From: Isurus oxyrinchus
Taxonomy: Eukaryota
Reading direction: 5' to 3'
Assembly: GCA_026770705.1 (NCBI GenBank)
Contig: JANJGN010000014.1
Location: 126,356,001-126,420,000, forward strand
Length of the DNA stretch: 64,000 nt
Part shown: piece by piece, positions 26,340 to 38,022 of the stretch
Layout of the letters: the number at the start of each line of letters is the position of its first letter
Position numbering within the stretch: position 1 is the stretch's first letter
The notes under the pieces: model-generated
What the model saw: the letters and a program-made list of their open reading frames with translations, nothing else
Told to the model about the DNA's origin: nothing
Databases searched by the model: none
Made by a program: the position numbers and the translations under genes

Positions 26340-26720
26340 TAAAAGCAAAATATTGTGGACACTGGAGATCTGACATAAGAAAAAAGAAAATGCTGGGAAA
26401 ATGCAGCAGGTCTGGTAGCAGCTGTGGAGAGAGAAACAGAGTTAATATTTCAAGTTCATCAAGACTCTTCTTAAGAAATGAAGAGAGGTAGGAAGGTGAT
26501 GGGTTTTATGCTGGTGAAAAAGGGGGAAGGGTGTTTAGGTCAAACAAAAAGGAAGGTGGGGGATATTAAGTGTCAAAAATGTCATGGAACAAAAGGCAAA
26601 GGGAATGGTAATAGTAGTGGTAAATACAAAAGGCATTGGTCCAGAGTAGGTGCTAATAGCAGAATGAAGGTCAGGTCTGAAAGCAAACAAGTTAAAAAAC
26701 TGGCATTAGGGAAAAGATAA
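26340..26720 (-). mobile_element. Old PLE 3' end
   Basis: Same pLTR terminal motif as 24768 and 63315. Confidence 0.65.
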
Positions 26721-26756
26721 TATTTTATTTTAGCATGCTATAATTGGGAAACTAAA

Positions 26757-27119
26757 AACATAGAAACATAGCAGAGTAGGCCTTTTGGCCCTTTGAGCCT
26801 GCTCTGCCATTCAATATGATCATGATTGATCCTCTATCTCAATACCATGCTTGCAAACTCTCTCCATACCCCTTGACTCATTTAGAGTCTAGAAATCTAT
26901 CTATTTGCTTCTTAAATATATTCAGTGACTTGGCCTCCACAGCCTTCTGTTGTAGAGAATTCCACAGATTCACCATCCTCTGAGTGAAGAAATTTCTCCT
27001 CATCTCTGTCCTAAATGGCCTACCCCATATCCTGAGACTGTGACCCCTTGTTCTAGATGGCCTAGCCAGGGGAAACATCATCACTGCATCCAGCCTGTCC
27101 ATCCCTGCCAGAATTTTAT
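26757..27119 (-). mobile_element. CR1 LINE 3' fragment
   Basis: SRTRGHSLRI...FFTQRMVNLWNSL; (CATAGAAA)n tail. Confidence 0.9.
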
Positions 27120-27509
27120 GGGCAGAATTTTATGGGCTGAATTTGTCATCCCGCCCCATTCAAATTTTCAGGAAGGGAGAGGTAGGAGGAAGTGTTTGCG
27201 AGTTGATGCTCAGCCTCTGCGAGGTAGAGGTCAGTGCGCCAGACAACAACAGCACCACCCTTGTCAGCGGGTTTAATGACAATGTTGGGGTTGGACCTGA
27301 GACCTCACTTCCTCCTACCTCTCCCTGGACCATGACCCCACCACTGAACATCAAGCCATTGTTTCCAAGACTGTCACTGACCTCGTCTCCTCTGGAGATC
27401 TTCCTCCCACAGCTTCCAACCTGATAGTCACCCAAACTCAGACGGCCTGCTTCTACCTCCTACCCAAAATCCACAAACAGGACTGCCCCAGTAGACCGAT
27501 CGTGTCAGC

Positions 27510-29027
27510 TTGCTCTGCCCCACGGAACTCATTTCTCATTATCTTGACTCCCTTCTCTCTCTCCTTGTCCAGTCCCTTCCCACCTACATCCGTGATTCCT
27601 CTGAGAGGTTACGTCACATCAACAATTTCCAGGTCCCTGGCCCCAACCGCTTCCTCTTCACCATGGACATCCAATCCCTCTACACCTCCATCCCCCATCA
27701 GGATGGTCTGAGGGCCCTTAGCTTCTTCCTCGAACAGAGGCCCAAACAATCCCCATCCACCATTATTCTCCTCCGTCTGGCTGAACTTGTTCTCACACTG
27801 AACAATTTCTCCTTCAACTCCTCTCACTTCCTCCAAATAAAAGGTGTGGCTATGGGTACCCGCATGGGCCCCAGCTATGCCTGTCTCTTTATGGGGTATG
27901 TGGAACATTCCTTGTTCCAGTCCTACTCCGGCCCCCTTCCACAACTCTTTCTCCGGTATATCGATGATTACTTCGGTGCTGCTTCATGCTCTCGTTGGGA
28001 CTTGGAAAAATTTATTAATTTTGCTTCCAATCTCCACCCCTCCATCATTTTCACATGGTCCATCTCTGACACTTCCCTTCTCTTCCTTGACCTCTCTATC
28101 TCGATCTCTGGTGACAGACTGTCCACCAATATCCATTACAAGCCTACCGACTCCCACAGCTACCTCGACTACAGCTCCTCACACCCCGCTTCCTATAAGG
28201 ACTCCATCCCATTCTCTCAGTTCCTTTGCCTCTGTCGCATCTGTTCCGATGATGCTACCTTTAAAAACAGTTCCTCTGACATGTCCTCCTTCTTCCTTAA
28301 CCGAGGTTTTCCACCCACGGTTGTTGACAGGGCCCTCAACTGTGTCCGGCCCATCTCCCGCGCATCCGCCCTCATGCCTTCTCCTCCCTCCCAGAAACAT
28401 GATAGGGTTCCCCTTGTCCTCACTTATCACTCCACCAGCCTCCCCATTCAAAGGATCATCCTCCGTCATTTCTGCCAACTCCAGCATGATGCCACCACCA
28501 AACACATCTTCCCTTCACCCCCCCTGGTGGCATTCCATAGGGATCATTCCCTCTGGGACACCCTGGTCCACTCCTCCATCAAACCATACTCCTCAACCCC
28601 CACCTATGGCACTTCCTCATGCCCACGCAAAAGATGCAACACCTGCCCCTTCACTTCCTCTCTCCTCACCGTCCAAGGGCCCAAACACTCCTTTCAAGTG
28701 AAGCAGTATTTCACTTGCATTTCCCCCAACTTAGTCTACTGCATTCGTTGCTCCCAATGTGGTCTCCTCTACATTGGAGAGACCAAACGTAAACTGGGCG
28801 ACCGCTTTGCAGAACACCTGCGGTCTGTCCGCAAGAATGACCCAAACCTCCCTGTCCCTTGCCATTTTAACACTCCAACCTGCTCTCTTGCCCACATATC
28901 TGTCCTTGGCTTGCTGCATTGTTCCAGTGAAGACCAATGCAAACTGGAGGAACAGCACTTCATCTTTCGACTATGCACTTTACAGCCTTCCGGACTGAAT
29001 ATTGAATTCAACAACTTTAGATCTTGA
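27510..29027 (+). CDS. PLE RT core + Cys-rich linker + GIY-YIG endonuclease (open frame, N-terminally truncated)
   Basis: 505-aa ORF: MDIQSLYTSIPH, QIKGVAMGTRMGP, RYIDD, CPRKRCNTC linker, NLVYCIRCSQCGLLYIGET...RFAEH...HF, PSGLN. Not an autonomous gene because the N-terminus is missing. Confidence 0.9.
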   Translation: MLCPTELISHYLDSLLSLLVQSLPTYIRDSSERLRHINNFQVPGPNRFLFTMDIQSLYTSIPHQDGLRALSFFLEQRPKQSPSTIILLRLAELVLTLNNFSFNSSHFLQIKGVAMGTRMGPSYACLFMGYVEHSLFQSYSGPLPQLFLRYIDDYFGAASCSRWDLEKFINFASNLHPSIIFTWSISDTSLLFLDLSISISGDRLSTNIHYKPTDSHSYLDYSSSHPASYKDSIPFSQFLCLCRICSDDATFKNSSSDMSSFFLNRGFPPTVVDRALNCVRPISRASALMPSPPSQKHDRVPLVLTYHSTSLPIQRIILRHFCQLQHDATTKHIFPSPPLVAFHRDHSLWDTLVHSSIKPYSSTPTYGTSSCPRKRCNTCPFTSSLLTVQGPKHSFQVKQYFTCISPNLVYCIRCSQCGLLYIGETKRKLGDRFAEHLRSVRKNDPNLPVPCHFNTPTCSLAHISVLGLLHCSSEDQCKLEEQHFIFRLCTLQPSGLNIEFNNFRS

Positions 29028-29408
29028 ACTCCCTCCTCCATCCCCACCCCCTTTTCTGTTTCTTCCCCCTTCCTTTTGTTTTTTCCAATAATTTATATAG
29101 ATTTTTCTTTTCCCACCTATTTCCATTATTTTTAAATCTTTTATGCCCTGCTAGCCTTTCCACCCCACCCCCACTAGAGCTATACCTTGAGTGCCCTACC
29201 ATCCATTCTTAATTAGCACATTCGTTTAGATAATATCACCATCTTCAACGCCTCTGTGTTCTTTTGTTCTTTTGTCTGTGACATCTTTTGCTATCTGCTC
29301 CTATCACTGCTTGCTTGTCCCTACAACCACACCACCCCCCCCCATTTCTCTCTCTCTCTCCCCCCCCTTAAACCAGCTTATATTTCACCCCTTTCCTAAG
29401 ATTCACTC

Positions 29409-29447
29409 AGTTCTGTTGAAGGGTCATGAGGACTCGAAATGTCAACT
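29409..29447 (+). ncRNA. Minimal hammerhead ribozyme motif (variant core CUGUUGA)
   Basis: AGTT-CTGTTGA-A-GGGTC-ATGAG-GACTC-GAAA-TG-TC-AACT. Confidence 0.65.
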
Positions 29448-29547
29448 CTTTTGTTCTCCGCCGATGCTGCCAGACCTGCTGAGTTTTTCCAGGTAATTCT
29501 GTTTTTGTTTTGGATTTCCAGCATCCGCAGATTTTTGTTTTTAATCA

Positions 29548-32500
29548 TATAGAGCCCCCCTGACCCCCTCAGATGATGAATCAGTACTCCTCCATGGGGT
29601 ATGCACAGAGAGTGGCAAAGGTGCAAAATGTACTCTGGATGGGGGCTTCAATGTTTATCACCAAAATTGGCTCAGTAGCACCACTACTGACCGAGCTGGT
29701 CGAGTCCTAAAGGACGTAGCTGCTAGACCGGGTCTGTGGCAGATGGTGAGGGAACCAACAAGAGGTAAAAACCTAGTTGATCTCATGCTCACTAATCTAC
29801 AGATGCATCTGCCCATGACAGTATTGGTAGGAATGACCATGCACAGACTTTACGGAGACAAAGTCCCAACTTCACATTGAGGATACCCTCCATCATGTTA
29901 TATGGCACAATCACCATGCCAAATGGGATAGAATTTGAACAGATGCAGCTACTCAAAACTGGGTAGCCATGAGGTAATGTGGGCTGTCATCAGCAGCAGA
30001 ATTGTATCCAACCGCAATCCATAACCTCATGGCCCAGCATATCACCCGCTCTATCCTTACCACCAAGCCAGGGGATCAACCATGGTTGAAATAAAAAGTG
30101 CAGGAGGGCATGCCAGAAGCAGCAGTAGGCATCCCTAAAAATGATGTGTCAACCTGGGGGAGCTACAACATAGGACTACTTGCATGCCAAACAGCATAAG
30201 TAGCATGCAATAGACAGAGTTAAGTGATCCTACAACCAATGGATAAGAGCTAAGCTCTGCAGTGCTGCCATATCCAGCCATGAATTGTGTGGACAATTAA
30301 CCAACTAATTGGAGGAGGAAGCTCCACAAATATCCCCATCATCGATGAGAGGCGAGCCCAGCGCATCAGTGCAAAAGATAAGGCCAAAGCATTTGAAAGC
30401 ATCTTCAACCAGAAGTGCTGAGGTGGATGATCCATCTTGGCCTCCTCTACAGGTCCCCAGCAACATCGATGCCAGACTCCAGCCAATTCGATTCACTCAA
30501 TGTGATATCATGAAACGGCTGAAGAATGGGTTACTGCAAATGTTATGGGCTCCAACAACATTCTGGCGATAGCACTGAAGATTTGTGCTCAAGAACTAGC
30601 TGTGCTCCTAGCCAAACTGTTCCGGTATAGTTACAACACTGGCATCCACCTGGCAATGTGAAAAATTGCCCAGGTATGTCCTGTGCACAAGAAGCAGGAC
30701 CCGGGCAATTACTGCTCCATGAGCCTTCTCTCGACCATCAGTCAAATGATGGAAGATGTCATTGACAGTGCTATCAAGTGGAACTTGCTCAGCAATAACC
30801 TGCTCACTGATGCTCAGTTTGAGTTCCACCAGGGCCACTCAGCTCCTAATCACATAATATCCTTGGTCCAAACATGTACAAAAGAGCTGAACTCCCAAGA
30901 GGTGAGGTGAGAGTGGCTGCACCTGACATCAAGGCAGCATTTGACCGAGTGTGGCATCAAGGAGCCCTAGCAAAACTGGTGTCATTGGGAATCGGGGGAA
31001 TGATCTCCACCGATTTGAGTCATACCTGGATAAAGGAAGATGGTTGTGGTTGTTGGATCTCACTCAGCTCAGTCCTAGGGCATTGCTGCAGGAGTTCCTC
31101 AGGGTAGTGTCCAAGGGCCAAACATATTCAGCTGCTTCATCAATGGCCTGCATAAGGTCAGAAGTGGGAATATTCACTGATGATTGCACATTGTTCAGAT
31201 ACTGAAGCAGTCTGAGTCCAAATGCAGCAAGCCCTGAATAGCTTTCTTACTTAGGTTGATAACTGGCAAGAAACATTTGTGCCACACAAGTGCCAGGCAA
31301 TGACCATCCACAATAACCATCATTCTTTGACATACAATGGCATTACCATCGCTGAATCCCCCATTATCGTCAGCTGGGCAGTTACCATTGCCCAGAAACT
31401 GAACTGGACCAGCTATGTAGATACAGGTTAGAGGTGTTGAACTCACCTTATAACTCCAGAAAGCCTGTCCACCATCTACAAGGCACAAAACAAGAGTGTG
31501 GTGGAATACTCTCCACTTACCTGGATGAGTGAAGCTCCAACAACATTCAAGAAGCCTGCCACCATCCAGGACAAAGCAGGCCACTTGATTGGCATTCCAT
31601 CCTCCACGTTAAACATACACTCCCTCCAACGCTGGTACAAAGTGACAGCAGTGTCTACCATCTGAAAGGTTCTCAAAATTCCCACATTTTCCATATCATC
31701 AACAAGGATATGACTTTTGGACTTTTACCTGAAACCAGACAACGAGAGGAGACAGAATACGCATTCTTCCCTTTAAAACAATCAACATGAAACTAAAGCC
31801 CATCAAAATCTTGCATAAATAATTGTTACTAACTACTAAGGCAGGAAGACAACAATCAATGCAAATTATGCGAGCCCATCAATGCTCCACATATACAATG
31901 GCTTTCAGTTCAAGACTACTTACGATGGCAGGAAGACAACGATAAACATCATGCGAGCCCATTAAAAACAACGAGACAACAATCACATGGGGAAGCCCAC
32001 CAAAATCAAACAAAGAACTAACCTTGATTTGGACTGAGATAAGAAATTCGAAAAAAAACTAGTATAACTGGGCCAGGCGATCTGAGTTTTTGAAAGCAGT
32101 TTTGGGCAGTGAGCAGTTGGGAGCGGTTTTGCAGTATGTAAACAGGGAGCTGAGCCAAGGGGAGGAAGGAGATCTGGGGATTTGCAGGCAACATCATGGC
32201 GAGGGGCACGGGGTGGCAGGCTCAACTGAAGACAACAAGGCTGCAACCGCAGCCCTCCTTGAAGATCGACCACCCACAACCGCGCCCTCCACTCAACTGA
32301 AGAACCTTCGCAGATTCCACAATCCAGGACCATGTGGGGACAGCAGGCCTCAGAGGACAGAAAGAGCGTACCCCAAAACTGCAACCGGCTTACCTGGCTG
32401 GATTTCGAACTGTCAAGGAACCCTGGTGGTGAGCATGATCCCTGATCCTTCCTGGTTCAATTTAGTTAGTTTTTGGGGGTGAGACAAGGGTAAGGGGATT

Positions 32501-33090
32501 AATAGCATGATTTTCCCTCATTATGCCATGTGTTCCCCATTCTTAATTAAGTGTACTTTGTAAGTCTCTATAATCTCAGTGTAATCCTAATGTTATAAGT
32601 TCATTTGTGACTTCAATAAACCCAGTTTCTTTTCTTGCACCAAAACCAGTTGTCTGCTGCACTTTGTCACAACCCCCAAATAAGTCCGAGGTCTAGAACC
32701 CATGGAGTGGGAGCGATTCGAACCGCTCAGAAGTCAGAGGTGGAGCTGACACACACCACCACCCTCTACACATCTACAGGATGCACTGCAGCAACTCACC
32801 AAGGCTCCTTCAACCTGCAACCTTTGCCACCTGAAAGGACAAGGGCAGCAGGTACATGGGAACCTCATGACCTGCAAGTTCACCTTCAAGTCACACACCA
32901 TCCTGACTTGGATTTATGTTGCTGTTCCTTCACTGTCACTCCCTAACAGTGCTATGAGTGTACTTACACCACATAGACTGCAGCAGTTCAGGAAGGCAGC
33001 TCACCACCACCTTCTCCAGGGCAATTAGGGATGGGCAATAAATGCTGGCCCAGCCAAGTGACATCCACATCCCATAAAAGGATAAATACA
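29548..33090 (+). mobile_element. APE-RT LINE (same family as 21.3-23.5 kb), interrupted by a solo LTR
   Basis: Endonuclease remnants (W.G.FNV.H, PTRGKNLVDLMLTN), DIKAAFDRVWH, EYSPLTWMS; resumes at 32771 and ends in the family 3' tail. Confidence 0.85.
31663..32770 (+). mobile_element. Solo LTR
   Basis: TG...CA termini, 4-bp TSD CATC (31659-31662 and 32771-32774), AATAAA near 32615; second copy at 48293-49472. Confidence 0.9.
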
Positions 33091-33424
33091 AAGAAATTGG
33101 AGCCTGACTAGGCCAGCTTTGACATCTTGCCCAAGGTGAAGATTTCTCAGCTGCCTCCCCACAATCTCCTCTTCCTCCTCCTTTTCAGACAGCCTCTGGT
33201 TTCTGGCAGGTAATGGCTGCTCCTTCATGGTGACAATGTTGAAGAGGACATTGCAGACTACCAGTGTGCACTGGAGGGCTCCCCTCAGAGATTCAGCTAT
33301 CCAGAACGTTGCTTCAATATGGTGGTGATAAGTGTAATTAGCACATGTGTTCAGTGGACTTTTGTGAACCAAATTTGAGGGCCATACATCCAACCAGCTG
33401 AATGGATGACTGACATTTAGGGTG

Positions 33425-33820
33425 AAATGGTGACATGGTGGTCATGTCACTGGACTGGTAATCCAGAGACCAAGGTTAATGCTCTGGGGACATGGGTTCA
33501 AATGGCAGCAGGTGGAATTTAAATTTAACTAATAAAAACCTGGTATATAAAACTAGTCTCATCAATGGTAACAATAACAATTAAAAAAAAATCTTGGTGT
33601 GAAAGGACATCAGGTTCACTAATGTCTTTTATGGAAGGAAATCTGCCATCTTTACATGGTCTGGCCTACATGTGGCTCCATACCCACAGCAATGTAGTTG
33701 ACTCTGAACTGCCCTCTGAAATGGCTCAGCAAGCCACTCAGTTCAAGGGCAATTAGGAATGGGCAACAAATGATAATTTTGTCAGCGATGCCCACATCCC
33801 ATGAAAGAATGGAAAAAAAA
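33425..33820 (+). mobile_element. Full-length tRNA-derived SINE
   Basis: A-box-like TGGTGACATGGTGG, B-box GGTTCAAAT, LINE-derived 3' tail ...GCCCACATCCCATGAAAGAAT plus A-run. Confidence 0.8.
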
Positions 33821-34974
33821 ATCACTACGTAACCTCTCCTTACACTATCGATGTATGCATGGGATGGCTAGCAAGGGACACTGCCTGATACACAGCAGAA
33901 GTGGCTGGCAGCACGGCCCATATCATTTTGTTCCTTCAGGCCTTCCATGGTGCTGGCACCATTGGCAATGTGGAGTCCAATTTTGGGGGCAAACTGTTGA
34001 AGTTCTGCAGGGTGTCACCTCCATAGAAATTTGTTGGTGCTTTTTAGTTTTCTCTCGATTAAACTTCTGGTGATTATGGCACGTAGCCATTTAATTGACA
34101 GATGTTATTGGTTATCTTCCTGGAACTGAATTGCTCAATAATCTATTAATCCTATTTCAGACTGCATGTTTGTGTCATTTGAGAGATATTACTGCATTCT
34201 TTGCAGTCTTGTGATTTCTAGATAATAACCACATCAATCAAAATATGGCATACTTTCCAAACTTTAGTAAATCATTATTGACACCTTTTTTTTATATGCA
34301 ATGGGTCCTAATTATGCCTATTGCCTTGATTATCAGTGTTTGATAAGTGTGTCATTGAATCTATTATTATGGGGTAATGTAAATCCCTCTCTAGTCTTCA
34401 GACATCAAGCCTATTTACCCTAGACCAAGTGACATCTTCTATTATAGGCACATGTGATATAAGCTATTGAAGCAGATTCCCAAACTAATTGTTTTATATG
34501 AGCAAAATACCTTATTGCTCCCCCACTGCTACAGAATTTAAATCAGGGCAATATCTGTGAACAGATTTGTCACCAAACTGACCTCCAAGCCAGCCCGGGG
34601 GACAATGGCTGACAGAGGTAACAGTGGCTTTGACTGAGAGACCTAATGTTGAGAGACATTGAGCAAGAATAGTTGGAGAGATTAAACATTTTACAATGAA
34701 TATTTTGTTGGTGATCATTTCTGCAAGATCAGAGTTCAAAAGCATTCCAGTAACAATAGAAAGTGCAGATAACAGCTTAGTGAAAATGGGGGTGAGATTA
34801 ACTGACATTGATCAATGTGCTGTTGGACTGATGTTAAGGATGGAGCACTCATTGGCTAGATAGCAGATAAAAAAAACAGCTGTGTTAACAACTCAGAATT
34901 CAGAATTCCTGAAGCTATCAAAGATGGGGGTCATGATAAATTTTAAGTATGCATTGTATCTTTCCCGACATCAC

Positions 34975-36670
34975 ATAAAATACACAGCACAGAACCAGGC
35001 CATTCAGCCCAATGCTGGCAGTTCTGCTCCACTTGAGCCTCCCCCCAACCTATCTCATCTAACTCTATCACCATAACCCTCTATTCCCTTGTCTCTCATA
35101 TGCTTATCTAGCCTTCCTTAAATGCATCAATGTTATTTCATTTCATCTACTCTCTGTAGTACAGAATCCACATTCTCATCACTTCCTGGGTAATGAAGTT
35201 TCTTCTGAATTCGTACTGGATTTATTGGTAACTATGTTTTATTGATGGCCTCTGGTTTTGCTCTTCCCAACAATTGGAAACACTCAGTGTTTACTGTTAG
35301 GTACCCTCAGCCTTCTCTTTTCAAGAGAAGAGAGACCAGGTTGCTCATCCTTTCCTGACATGTATCACCACATAGCTTTTGTATCCTCCTTGCAAATCAT
35401 TTTTAATGCCCCAATATACTTTTGATAATATGATAGTCAGAGGTTTACACATATGGTCTAACCAAAGTTTGATACAAGTTTGGCCTAACTTTTACTTTTT
35501 AATCCTATCCCTCTGAAGAAATCACAATGCTTGGCTTGCTTATGTTACAGTCTTATTGACTTGCATTGCAATCTTCAGTAAGTTGTGTATTTGTACTCGC
35601 AGATTTCTTTGCCCGTCTACCCCATTTAGATTCTTATTTTTTAAAGTAATAAGCAACCTTCTTAATTTTCTTACCAAAATATATTGGCCAGAATTTTTCA
35701 AAACCCTGACACTGACGTAAAAAGCAGGATCTGAGCCCATATCGATGGACAAGGAACCCAAGAGACATTTCACTGCTGGTGTCCGGTCTGCCTCCAATTA
35801 GTGGTGGCACTGCACCTGGCAGATCTGCCAGCCCAATCAGAGGGTCAACAGTTTGACAGCGCCACCCATAGAGATGACCATTGCTAAAGCAGCAGGAAAG
35901 AGGAAGAGGGCATCTGCAAATTGAGGCATCTCCAAAATCTAGGTAATTCTTTTTTTAGTTTAATGTGCCTGGGTCAGGCAAGCAAGGCGCCGGCGATCAG
36001 ACGGGTGAATCCTCCAGCGGCAACACTGTAGCCGCGTGGTTAGTTATTGCTGCTGCAGCCCTCTCTGTGGGCCATGGAACGACCATAAAAGAAGCCCCCA
36101 CCCACAGTTTACCTGCTAGCCTCGCCATGCAGCGGTGACCTCTCTCAACACCAGTAAAATGCAGTAAGTGGCCAACAATTCGCCAATTAATTGGTTTAAT
36201 TGGTCGCCTGTCTCCAGTCAGCAGTCAACCACACCATTGAGGCTCCTGACCCTGAGAATGCCCTGTCATGATAGGAAGACATTGGGGTGCCATTCTGACA
36301 ACTTCCATCTCCATTTTCCACAGCCTTTCGCCTCCCAGGCCATTTCCAGAGAGCTGGTAAAATCCAGCTCATTGCCTCATAATTATCTATGTTGAAATTC
36401 ATTTGCCAATTCCATGCCCATTCTACTAATTTATTAATGTGTCTTTGTCATTTTTTTGCAGCCCTCCTCAATGTTGACTACCCCTCCCAATTTGATGTTG
36501 TTGATAAATTTAGAAATTGTGTTTTCGACTCCAAAGTCTAAATCGTTAACATGAATCGTGAACAACAGTGATCCCTGCAACAGTTATTCCCACCTTCTGT
36601 CACTCAGAACAGCTACCCTTTGCCTCTATTCTCCGCTTTCTGTCTTGTAGCTAGCTAACAATCTATTCTG
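34975..36670 (-). mobile_element. Old CR1 remnant interrupted by a MITE
   Basis: Degenerate CR1 3' UTR/RT sequence on both sides of 35686-36370. Confidence 0.65.
35686..36370. mobile_element. Harbinger-type MITE (older)
   Basis: GGCCAGAATTTT / AAAATCCAGCTC termini, TSD ATT on both sides. Confidence 0.7.
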
Positions 36671-37833
36671 TGAGAAAGACTAAATCTTAAAAATGATTTA
36701 TTGGTCGTCAAGCACTTTGGGATATCTCGAGGTCATGAAAGGAACTGTAAATGTGCATGTTCTTTCCCTCTGATGATCTGCAATAAGAAATTGAAAGGTT
36801 CCATTAAATGTTGCCATCAAGACCCTGTGACCCACCAAGCAGAATGATAGTCCTTAGTTCACAAACTGAAGTTTTAATTAGTGATTGCTCTCGTTCGAGG
36901 GACAATCTTAGACTTTTGGAAACAAAGCCCCTTTTACTCAGATCTAGTTACTGAGCTTTTGGAATGCTGTTGCAATTCAACAACAGCCAATCGGCTCCTA
37001 AACTGGGTGTGGTGTTAATTTGCAAGCTGAGAATATTTCACAAGATGTGAAGATTGCGCTTACTGCCTTGTCTTTGTTTAAAAATAGTCCTGATTTAAGG
37101 CAAGCGTGGAAACGTCATCCCTGGGTGTCATTTTTTCCCCCCTTTGATGATGGCCCAGGCTGAAAGAAAGTAATAAAACAATCAGGAACCTCCTGTATAT
37201 TACTATGAAGATCCACTGAAGAAGGTTTAAAATTGCTATATTCCTCCACAGTCGTCGCACAGCCCCTGGTGCCGGTGAGTGAAGAGGGGATGAGCAGTCC
37301 TGTAGCTCGGAGTTACTGATAAAAGACATACTTATGTTTCTGCCCGAAGAAAGCTGTAAAAGAGAAGAAAGCAAGTGGCTGAGGGAATGGGGGGCCACAA
37401 GAAATGTAAAATATTTGGAAAGGTAATCTTTGCTTGTCTGAAAATAGATGCCTGAAAAGACATACAGTCATATCTGTTTGTTATGACACAGCAGTTGGTA
37501 AAGGCTGAGTTATTTAAAATCCCAGAGGGAAACATTAATTTGTCATAACTTATATGTTCAATTGGTATTTTTGAGATGCATCTCCAAATTCAGAAATGAA
37601 ACCACCAAGCCTCCAGAGGTTTTTTTATACAAGTTAAATTAAATATTTATTAATTTTACAAGGTATTAAGCACATACACATCTACAAATTACTACCATAA
37701 TAACTATTAAACAAATCCCCAAATTAATCACTCCTACAATCTTCACCAAGGCAACAATAATCCATATGCTTTAACCAGTCACCAGGCAAAGCAGGTTTTA
37801 TCTTACAAATTCAAAATGAGGTTCCTTTCAATT

Positions 37834-38022
37834 CATAAAAACAGAAAACTGCGGATGCTGGAAATCCAAAACAAAAACAGAATTACCTGGAAAAACTCAG
37901 CAGGTCTGGCAGCATTGGCGGAGAAGAAAAGAGTTGATGTTTCGAGTCGAAACTTCAACTCTTTTCTTCTCCACCGATGCTGCCAGACCTGCTGAGTTTT
38001 TCCAGGTAATTCTGTTTCTGTT
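37834..38022. mobile_element. Palindromic insertion of two Neptune PLE 3' termini
   Basis: About 75-bp near-perfect inverted arms centred near 37945; 12-bp TSD TTCCTTTCAATT at 37822-37833 and 38023-38034. Confidence 0.9.

Larger units (their letters stand above)
27174..29543 (+). mobile_element. Neptune-type PLE, 5'-truncated with 5' inversion
   Basis: 27174-27303 is the reverse complement of RT sequence (equivalent to about 6720-6848 of the first copy); sense body starts near 27304; 3' pLTR 29028-29543. Confidence 0.93.

Noticed and set aside
27844-28701. 285-aa Ser/Pro-rich overlapping ORF, and similar ORFs at 5564-6031 and 6622-7212
   Set aside because: Shadow frames of the C-rich PLE coding strand.
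34510-34625. Acceptor-like TACAG ... ATGGCTGACAGAG|GTAAC
   Set aside because: Only four codons; indistinguishable from chance.
36980-37290. CCAAT box, ACGTCA half-site and a strong donor CCG|GTGAGT near 37274, suggesting a promoter or first exon
   Set aside because: Short motifs only, with no linked coding exon or CpG island to support it.
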